From the NCBI GenBank assembly GCA_963770835.1, contig CAVYRH010000007.1, positions 32,001 to 96,000 on the forward strand: a stretch of DNA of 64,000 bases, written 5' to 3'. Every line of letters begins with the position of its first letter. The first letter of the stretch is position 1. Position numbers and translations under genes: made by a program. This document shows positions 57,386 through 64,000 of this stretch, piece by piece. A model generated the notes under the pieces. That model ran no database searches and had not been told where the DNA came from. It was given only the letters and a program-made list of their open reading frames with translations. This DNA is from an uncultured Pseudomonadota bacterium. Its GTDB lineage: Bacteria; Oederibacteriota; Muellerivitia; Muellerivitales; Muellerivitaceae.

Positions 57386-58260
57386 ATGGCCAATTTATTG
57401 AAGCTGGGGCTGCCAAAGGGGAGCCTGCAGGAATCCACTTTCCACCTCTTCGCCAAGGCGGGATACAAGATATCCTCCACGTCGCGATCCTATTTCCCCA
57501 ATATCGACGATCCCGAAATGAAAGCCATGCTGATCCGCGCCCAGGAAATGGGCCGCTACGTGGAAGACGGCACCCTGGACGTGGGCATGACGGGCCGGGA
57601 CTGGGTATTGGAAAACGGGTCCAAGGTTGAGGAAGTGGCCGAATTAATCTACGCCAAGGCCGGCTTAAGGCCCGTGCGCTGGGTTTTGGCGGCCCCCGCC
57701 AATTCCCCCATTAAATCGGTGAAGGACCTGGAAGGGAAGAAAATAGCCACCGAATTGGTGAACGTCTCCAAGGAATATTTGAAGAAGAACGGCGTTACCG
57801 CCCATGTGGAATTTTCCTGGGGGGCCACCGAGGCCAAGCCTCCCGAATTGGCGGATGCCATTATCGAAGTGACTGAAACCGGATCCTCGCTCAAGGCCAA
57901 TAACCTGGTCATCCTGGAGACCATCATGGAATCCAATACGGTGGTTATCGCCAACAGGGCCGCTTGGGCCGACCCCTGGAAGAAAAAAAAATCGAGGACA
58001 TGGTCCTGCTTTTAAAGGGCGCCTTGGCCGCCGAGGAAAAAGTGGGGCTGAAGATGAACGTTCCCCGCAAAAAACTGGAGACGATCCTCAAAGTCCTCCC
58101 CGCCCTCAATTCGCCCACCGTTTCGGAGCTCCACGACAAGGATTGGGTGGACGTGGACACGGTGGTGGACGAGAAAATTGTGCGGGGCATCATCCCGAAA
58201 CTCAAGGATGCGGGCGCGGAGGGAATCGTGGAATACCCTCTCAATAAAGTAATCCCTTAA
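57386..58260 (+). CDS. hisG: ATP phosphoribosyltransferase (long form), frameshifted at the A9 run 57983-57991
   Basis: [38 protein letters not shown]; the -1 frame continues [37 protein letters not shown]. Confidence 0.92.
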
Positions 58261-58334
58261 CACCAGTCGACGGTCGACAGCTTACAGCCGACAGTTTTGG
58301 CGGTTTTTGCCTGCCGACTGTGAACTGATTGTTA
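58258..58334. repeat. 7-nt-periodic inverted repeat
   Basis: CCAGTCG ACGGTCG ACAGCTT ACAGCCG ACAGT ... CTGCCGA CTGTGAA CTG. Confidence 0.72.
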
Positions 58335-58344
58335 GAGGCTTTGA

Positions 58345-58845
58345 ATGACAACACCGGATGAACTGAACAAAGAAGCGGTCCAGCTTTACCGGAACCTGGA
58401 TTTTGGCGGCGCCGAAAGGCTCTACCGGCAGGCTATCGGGCTGGATCCCGCCTATTTTCCTTCCCAATTGAACCTCGGCATCCTTCTTTTTAAGGAAGGG
58501 CGCTACGACGACGCTATCAAGGAATGCACCAAAGCGGTTTCCTTGAGGCCTGATCATCCTTCCGCCCATTTCCATTTGGGTAACGCTTATTACGCCAAAA
58601 TGTGGTGGGAAGAGGCCATGGTGGAATACGAGCGGGTTTTCCAATTGGAACCTGAGCACATTGACGTGCACTTCGCCTTGGGCGGCATTTACCTTAACCG
58701 CGGCTACCAGGAAAAAGCCGTGGAGTGCTGGAAGAAGTACCTGGAACTGGCTCCACCGGATTCCCCCAAAGCCAAATTGGCAAAGGAATACGTCGAGGGG
58801 ACCTTGGCCAATAAGGTTACGATAGGGAAGTACATCGCGGAGTAA
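58345..58845 (+). CDS. TPR-repeat protein
   Basis: About 4 TPRs (LNLGIL, AHFHLGNAY, VHFALGGIY). Confidence 0.88.
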   Translation: MTTPDELNKEAVQLYRNLDFGGAERLYRQAIGLDPAYFPSQLNLGILLFKEGRYDDAIKECTKAVSLRPDHPSAHFHLGNAYYAKMWWEEAMVEYERVFQLEPEHIDVHFALGGIYLNRGYQEKAVECWKKYLELAPPDSPKAKLAKEYVEGTLANKVTIGKYIAE

Positions 58846-58857
58846 TAAAGGCAGCCG

Positions 58858-58977
58858 TTAGTCCTTAGTTCTAAGTTGTTAGCAAAAGAAAAAAATGAAA
58901 AAAAAGGCGGGGAGGAAACTCCCCGCCTTTGCTATTTCAGTCTCGCTAAGAACTGAGACCTGATGCCTAACAGCTAA
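58858..58977. repeat. 7-nt-periodic inverted repeat enclosing a terminator
   Basis: TTAGTCC TTAGTTC TAAGTTG TTAGC; reverse arm TTAGCTG TTAGGCA TCAGGTC TCAGTTC TTAGC. Confidence 0.65.
58898..58930 (-). terminator. Rho-independent terminator (possibly bidirectional)
   Basis: AAAGGCGGGGAG-GAAA-CTCCCCGCCTTT with an A-run on the left, between convergent genes. Confidence 0.82.
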
Positions 58978-58979
58978 TC

Positions 58980-59306
58980 TTAATGCTTGTCGTTGTAAAT
59001 CTGCCCCGAACGGTGGTTTTCCTCTTTTTCCAAATGCTTGCGTTGTTTGTGGGTCAACCGGCCTCCGTCTTTTTTCAGGTCGGCCTTGCGCTGATGGTTA
59101 ATTTCTTTGCCTTCCTTGGCCAATTTGCGGTGCTCTTTCTTGGTGATCTTTCCGTCCTTCACGCCATTCTCAATGCGGTTGTGCTGGCGGTCCAAACGGG
59201 CATCGGGGCTCATGGCGGGGTTGTTTCCATTGGCGTCTTGGGCCAGGGCCAATCCTGTTGAAGCGACGAACAGCGCGGCGGCCAATGCGGCGGTTAGGTT
59301 TTTCAT
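58980..59306 (-). CDS. Small secreted, highly charged hypothetical protein
   Basis: Signal peptide ending ALA; RLDRQHNRIENGVKDGKIT..E..L / DGGRLT..Q...L; GAGGAG RBS. Confidence 0.8.
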   Translation of the reverse strand: MKNLTAALAAALFVASTGLALAQDANGNNPAMSPDARLDRQHNRIENGVKDGKITKKEHRKLAKEGKEINHQRKADLKKDGGRLTHKQRKHLEKEENHRSGQIYNDKH

Positions 59307-59349
59307 TTCCGATCTCCTCATAATGATTTTAAATCCACTACGCCTATTG

Positions 59350-59376
59350 GACGGAAGGGAGATCGTGAAAGTTGCA
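59350..59376 (-). promoter_or_regulatory. Putative ECF sigma promoter
   Basis: Minus strand TGCAAC-N17-CGTC. Confidence 0.5.
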
Positions 59377-59412
59377 ACGATAAAACAAAATGCTTTTTGG
59401 CCGTGTTTAATT

Positions 59413-59440
59413 AAAAAAAGGCGAGAAAATCCCGCCTTTT
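59413..59440 (-). terminator. Rho-independent terminator
   Basis: A7-GGCGAGA-AAA-TCCCGCC-TTTT downstream of gene 59467..60069. Confidence 0.6.
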
Positions 59441-59466
59441 ATAAGGAATTAGTAATGCGCTGTTTT

Positions 59467-60069
59467 TTAGTGCCAATCTCCACCATCCCGGTGGTCGTCA
59501 TGATGATCAAAGTGATGATCATCCCGTCCGGGACCGGGGTGCCGGTATTGGTCATGGATGTAGGCATAGCTGCGGCCTCCGGCCCGCATGCTCATGACTT
59601 CTTCCGGCGTGCGGTGGTAATACTCGGTCGCGAATCTCAAGTTAACCATATTGACGATGTCCGCGTCCACTAGCCGGACTCTTTCACGACCGTGCCCGTT
59701 GTAATAGGCATAGTACCCCGCATAAGGCCCGACTGCCCTGCCATGGAAGGGGACGTAAAGGACCCGGGGGCTCAAATGATAGCGGCGGAAAATATCGACC
59801 CAGGGCATACCCCCAGCCCTGAGGTTGATGATGACCCCCGGCGCCACGTGCACCTGATTGGCGACGAAGAAAACGACGGGCTGCTCCTCGTCCGGAATAT
59901 GTTGTTGCTGGCAAACGGTCACCTGTGCCGGTGGCGCGTTGTAATAACTGCCGATCGCCATGTGAAAGCTGTCGCCCCCGGGCCCGACCGAAATGCCCGC
60001 CTGAATCTGCGCCAAGGCCAGCCCGGCGGTCCAAAACAAAGCAGTGGCCAAAACGATTCTTTTTTTCAT
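59467..60069 (-). CDS. Secreted hypothetical protein with His/Asp-rich C-terminus
   Basis: Signal peptide; PDEEQPVVFFVA, DADIVNMVNLRF..EYY; DDHHFDHHDDHRD tail; AAGGAG RBS. Confidence 0.8.
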   Translation of the reverse strand: MKKRIVLATALFWTAGLALAQIQAGISVGPGGDSFHMAIGSYYNAPPAQVTVCQQQHIPDEEQPVVFFVANQVHVAPGVIINLRAGGMPWVDIFRRYHLSPRVLYVPFHGRAVGPYAGYYAYYNGHGRERVRLVDADIVNMVNLRFATEYYHRTPEEVMSMRAGGRSYAYIHDQYRHPGPGRDDHHFDHHDDHRDGGDWH

Positions 60070-60285
60070 TCAATCTCTCCTTGCATCTAGACCGAAAATT
60101 CACTACGGCTTTTTGACGCGCCAAGGCGTCCCGTTGTTACACCCTAAAACCGGGGTTAAAACCCCGTTACTTCCAAAGGGCGACCCTTCCCGCCTGGCCC
60201 GTTCGTCTACACAGCGGAACCGGAAATCAACTTGGGATTCACGAACCTCTTGAAAAGCCGGTTAAAAACACAGAGGAGGATAAGG

Positions 60286-60864
60286 ATGAAAAAGAAACTA
60301 TGGCTGGTGGCATTGATGACCACTGCGTTGGTTGGTACGGCATTTACGCTTTATGCAGATGATGCCCAGGCCCCCGCAGGAGGGGACGACAAGCCCGGAA
60401 TGGGACAGGGAACGGACCCTGGACCGGACGGTGGCATGATGGGCGGGGACCACATGGACAAGATGAAGGAGAAACTGGGGTTGAGCGACGACCAAGCGGC
60501 CAAGCTCAAAGACCTGTTCAAGAGCCAAATGGAAGCCAACAAACCCCTTCGGGACCAGATGAAGATCGACATGGACACCCTCCAACAAAAGGTGGATATG
60601 AAGGCTTCGGATGGCGACATCAAGAAGCTATTAGATAAGCTGGATTCCGAAAACAAGGAAATGCAGGCAAGCCGCGACAAGATGAAAGATCAATTGCGGT
60701 CGATTCTCACCCCCACCCAGCAAGCCAAGATGGTGCTTGGCATGCGCAAAATGGGAATGGGGATGATGAATCGTTGGAAGGGTCACAATGGATGGAAAAA
60801 GGACGGCAAAAGCGGTGATGACAAGAGCCAGCCCGCGCCAAGTGGGAATGGGGACAACACTTAA
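60286..60864 (+). CDS. Spy/CpxP-like (LTxxQ) periplasmic protein
   Basis: Signal peptide; LGLSDDQ and ILTPTQ motifs; Met-rich; AGGAGG RBS. Confidence 0.82.
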   Translation: MKKKLWLVALMTTALVGTAFTLYADDAQAPAGGDDKPGMGQGTDPGPDGGMMGGDHMDKMKEKLGLSDDQAAKLKDLFKSQMEANKPLRDQMKIDMDTLQQKVDMKASDGDIKKLLDKLDSENKEMQASRDKMKDQLRSILTPTQQAKMVLGMRKMGMGMMNRWKGHNGWKKDGKSGDDKSQPAPSGNGDNT

Positions 60865-60892
60865 TCGATCAACACCTCAACCACGCCGACCG

Positions 60893-60934
60893 AAAGCCGC
60901 TCCCGGATTAACCCTCCGGGGCGGCTTTTTTATT
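60893..60934 (+). terminator. Rho-independent terminator
   Basis: AAAGCCGCTCCCGGA-loop-TCCGGGGCGGC followed by T6. Confidence 0.8.
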
Positions 60935-60988
60935 GGGGGGTGAGGTATGATGAGCTCGCTAATATTTTTCATTTTATGGAGCGGGTAG

Positions 60989-62722
60989 ATGAATTCAAAA
61001 TCTCTTTGGCAAACCGCCTGGCCCCCGGTGATAGCCGGGTTATGGTTGGTGACTGCACCAGGTTTCTGGCTCGGCAAAATCATGCCTTCGTCGGGCTTCG
61101 AGCCTTGGTCCGGTTCCGGGGCCTTTTGGTTTTGGGGCGCCAGCCTTGTGCTATTGGCAGCATCGGTTTTTGTCCTTTTTTGGTTGTGGAAGAAATCCTT
61201 TCCGAAATCTCTAAAGAAGAAAAAAGGCTTTCAGCCCCTCGCAAGTTCTATCCTTTCGTTTTTGTTCTTCGTGGTTCTGGGTTATGTCGTCAGCGGCTAT
61301 TTCTGGCGGTACATGGGGCAGATAGCCCTGGACAGAGCCCAAAGAGACGTCCAGGACGCTGGGTATAGCCTGACGCTCCCGGCCAATGCGCCCGTCCTGC
61401 CGGATGACCAAAACGCTGTCGTTCTCATCAATGAAGCCTGGAACTCGCCTTCCATGCGAAAATTTGGTGCGCTCACGGCCATTTATGACGATCCCGCGCC
61501 CAACGGCCGGTTCGCCGACAACACCCGTAAATACGGACATCTTAAAAACCAGCCCAACCTGACCAACCAGCCTTTTTTCGGCAAGATGGCCGAGGATGAC
61601 TTCGTGATTTATTTCAACCACCAAGCCTCACTGGGCCTGGTGACGGCCACGGAAAAAGTCTATGCCCATAAGTTGTTGAAGGAACACGAGGATGCCTTCC
61701 GGCTGATCGACGCTGCTTTTCAGGATAAGGGCGTGGATTGGGGAATCGACTGGAACCACAAACCCTCCTGGGAAAGGGCCGTGCCCCAGTTTGCGCATTT
61801 ATTTTCCTTGGCTCGCCTAATATGTTTTCGGGCAACTGCACAAGCCATGGAGGGCGACGCGAGAGGCGCGGTCCACAGCTTCGAGGAGGGGTTCCTCTTG
61901 GCGGATATTGCAGGACAAGTCCATGACTTGATCGGATGTATGATCAGCGCGCCTGTGGCGGGAATGATGACGGCTCCAGCCCGGCGGGCCCTGCCGCTTT
62001 TGGAGGTAAAAGGGGAAGGGGGGATGGAGCTTCTTCCTTTCATTCGACCGGATAGGATCAAAACTGAATATTTTGCTGCCATGCAAAGAGACGTTTTTGG
62101 ATCTTTTTTATCGGATTTCGACCAATTCGGTTGGTGGGGATACGCAACCCTGGATGGGGATAAAACCAATGCCTTGAATAAACTTGTGGGGATCATCTAT
62201 TGGCCCTTTTTGTTATTTGACCAGGCTTCGCAATATGAATATGGCATTCAATATATGAATGCCCTCAAGATGAGTCCGGGTGCCGGTGACCGTGTCATTG
62301 ACGGTTATAGGAATAAATTATGGTTGTTTGGCTTAATTGCCGGGCCCCGTTTTTCCCAAATGGCAGAGAAAACGAACGAAGCTTGTACCAAGTGTGATTT
62401 ATTACAGATTTGTATAGGGATGCATTCATACCATCAAAAACATCACCGCTGGCCGGCCTCATCCGAAGAACTGGAACAGGCTATGGTGGATAGTGGGGCT
62501 GCATCTGGAGCTCGTGGCGTTCCCGAAGTCGAGGTCACCAGTGCTTTTGTCGCTGGTGCCAAAAGTCCAGAGGGGAATAACGTCATCATGGCCAAAAAGG
62601 GCGAAGCCCCCGCGGGAAGCGGCACGGGTTGGCTCTACGACAGCGATTCCGGTAAGGTTTATGTCAACAGCACGGTGAAAGATTCAAAAGCAGTTCCTTA
62701 TTCATTCTATGGTTTCGAGTAG
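60989..62722 (+). CDS. Membrane-anchored hypothetical protein with pilin/pseudopilin-like C-terminal segment
   Basis: Three N-terminal TM segments, helical body, Y......WP.S.EEL and GWLYDSDSGKVYVNST.KDSK tail. Confidence 0.7.
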   Translation: MNSKSLWQTAWPPVIAGLWLVTAPGFWLGKIMPSSGFEPWSGSGAFWFWGASLVLLAASVFVLFWLWKKSFPKSLKKKKGFQPLASSILSFLFFVVLGYVVSGYFWRYMGQIALDRAQRDVQDAGYSLTLPANAPVLPDDQNAVVLINEAWNSPSMRKFGALTAIYDDPAPNGRFADNTRKYGHLKNQPNLTNQPFFGKMAEDDFVIYFNHQASLGLVTATEKVYAHKLLKEHEDAFRLIDAAFQDKGVDWGIDWNHKPSWERAVPQFAHLFSLARLICFRATAQAMEGDARGAVHSFEEGFLLADIAGQVHDLIGCMISAPVAGMMTAPARRALPLLEVKGEGGMELLPFIRPDRIKTEYFAAMQRDVFGSFLSDFDQFGWWGYATLDGDKTNALNKLVGIIYWPFLLFDQASQYEYGIQYMNALKMSPGAGDRVIDGYRNKLWLFGLIAGPRFSQMAEKTNEACTKCDLLQICIGMHSYHQKHHRWPASSEELEQAMVDSGAASGARGVPEVEVTSAFVAGAKSPEGNNVIMAKKGEAPAGSGTGWLYDSDSGKVYVNSTVKDSKAVPYSFYGFE

Positions 62723-62759
62723 GAAACGGAAAAGTTTTACCTGCCATGGGGAGGCCTTA

Positions 62760-64000
62760 GTGCCCGTTTTTGAAAAACAATCTCGTATCGAAGCACCCGT
62801 CAAGGAGTTGTTCAACTGGCATAATCGGCCCCACGCCTTCGAACGGCTGACGCCTCCCTGGGAAAAGGTAAAGGTGGTTGAGCGGCAAGGCGGCATCCAG
62901 GACGGTGGGAAGGTTGTCCTGGAAATGCAGCAGGGCCCTTTCCGGCACCGATGGGTGGCCGTGCATGGGGACTACGTAGAGGGGAACCAGTTCGTCGACG
63001 AACAGGTGCAGGGGCCCTTCGCCAAGTGGGTGCACACCCACCGCATGCTGCCCGAAACCGAAACCACCAGCCTGCTGAACGACCACATCGAGTACCGCCC
63101 GCCCCTGGGATTTTTGGGGGAAGCGGCGGCGGGTGGTTATCTGCGCAAAAAATTAGACCGCCTCTTTGCCTTCCGCCATGCCCGCACCCAAAACGACCTG
63201 AAACGCTACCACCCTTACGCCCAACAGTCCCCCTTGAAAATCGCCATAACCGGCGCCTCGGGCCTGATCGGGTCCGCACTGACCACGTTCCTTTCCTGTG
63301 CGGGAAACGAAATGAAAACCCTCGTGCGCCGCAGGCCTCAATTGGAAAGTCCTGAGATCTTCTGGGACCCCTATCACCAGGAACTGGATAAAGCTTCCAT
63401 GGAAAGCCTGGATGCGGTGGTCCATTTGGCCGGCGAAAACATCGGCGGGAGACCGTGGACCAGCCGGCGGAAAGACGAAATCCAGAACAGCCGGGTGAAA
63501 GGCACCCGGTTCCTTTGTGAGACACTGGCCTCCCTGAAACACCCCCCAAAAACATTGCTTTGCTCGTCGGCCATCGGCTTCTACGGAAACCGGGGAGAGG
63601 AAACCCTTACGGAGGAAAGTACCCGTGGCGAGGGGTTCCTACCCGAAGTCTGCCAGGTTTGGGAAGAGGCCACAGAGCCGGCCCGGAAGGCCGGCATCCG
63701 GGTAGTGAACGTTCGAACGGGGATTGTCTTGACCTCCTTGGGCGGTGCCTTGGCCAAAATGCTTACGCCGTTTCAAATGGGGGCCGGTGGAATCATCGGA
63801 GCGGGGAACCAATGGATGAGCTGGATTTCGATGGAGGACCTGCTGGGTGTTTATCACTACCTGATTCACACCGAAGGGCTTTCGGGCCCCGTTAATGCCA
63901 CTGCGCCCAACCCCGTCACGAACAGAACATTTACTAAAATCCTGGGAAAGACCCTGGGGAGGCCCACCCTTTTCCCCTTACCCGGCTTTATGGTGAAGGC
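62760..64000 (+). CDS. SRPBCC domain fused to TIGR01777/YfcH-type NAD-dependent epimerase, 3'-truncated by window edge
   Basis: Own translation from GTG62760 (GGAGG RBS): MPVFEKQSRIEAPVKELFNWH..FERLTPPW..QVQGPF..W.H.H; KIAITGASGLIG; VHLAGENI..W; SSAIGFYG; absent from the ORF track because there is no stop. Confidence 0.9.
   Translation, partial: MPVFEKQSRIEAPVKELFNWHNRPHAFERLTPPWEKVKVVERQGGIQDGGKVVLEMQQGPFRHRWVAVHGDYVEGNQFVDEQVQGPFAKWVHTHRMLPETETTSLLNDHIEYRPPLGFLGEAAAGGYLRKKLDRLFAFRHARTQNDLKRYHPYAQQSPLKIAITGASGLIGSALTTFLSCAGNEMKTLVRRRPQLESPEIFWDPYHQELDKASMESLDAVVHLAGENIGGRPWTSRRKDEIQNSRVKGTRFLCETLASLKHPPKTLLCSSAIGFYGNRGEETLTEESTRGEGFLPEVCQVWEEATEPARKAGIRVVNVRTGIVLTSLGGALAKMLTPFQMGAGGIIGAGNQWMSWISMEDLLGVYHYLIHTEGLSGPVNATAPNPVTNRTFTKILGKTLGRPTLFPLPGFMVK

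Noticed and set aside
57180..57416. N-terminal extension of RlmN in the ORF track
   Set aside because: Runs through the heptamer palindrome and overlaps the divergent hisG start; RlmN-like sequence begins near 57179
62757..63895. Several short ORFs listed at the right end
   Set aside because: All are explained by one uninterrupted + strand gene from 62760 that runs off the window
1..64000. Prophage, IS, integron, defence system, tRNA or rRNA
   Set aside because: No integrase, transposase, nuclease, phage structural gene or RNA-gene signature recognised; the cyclase has no adjacent cNMP-gated effector, so a Pycsar call is unsupported

Overview
GC-rich bacterial chromosomal window. A TonB-dependent receptor and other outer-membrane barrel candidates indicate a diderm; the lineage cannot be fixed from the sequence alone. 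Bases 1-31.4 kb are a very dense signalling region with 14 two-component genes. It includes a 1,958-aa hybrid kinase with about 11 tandem 92-aa double-HAMP repeats, and an operon of TonB receptor, YfiR-like protein, CHASE8/HAMP/PAS kinase, receiver and hybrid kinase. It also has an NtrC-type activator with three near-consensus sigma-54 promoters nearby, which precede a PAS kinase/receiver pair, two tandem divergent CheX-like proteins, and a receiver with a Zn-ribbon output. The second half mixes housekeeping genes (comM/YifB, ffh, cls, DEAD-box helicase, rpe, PASTA protein, rlmN, hisG split at an A9 run) with a putative copper-handling cluster, a Ser/Thr kinase-WD40 plus FHA-class III cyclase pair carrying a non-canonical Gln at the purine-specificity site, and small secreted proteins. 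Non-coding structure is rich: at least six 7-nt-periodic palindromes, two CACCAAG-type palindromes (one encodes a lipoprotein signal peptide), a 200-nt multibranched leader before the helicase, a 172-nt structured element after comM, and a diverged duplicate of the helicase 3' end. No rRNA, tRNA, CRISPR array, transposase or integrase was seen. All calls come from reading motifs by eye; no database searches were run.
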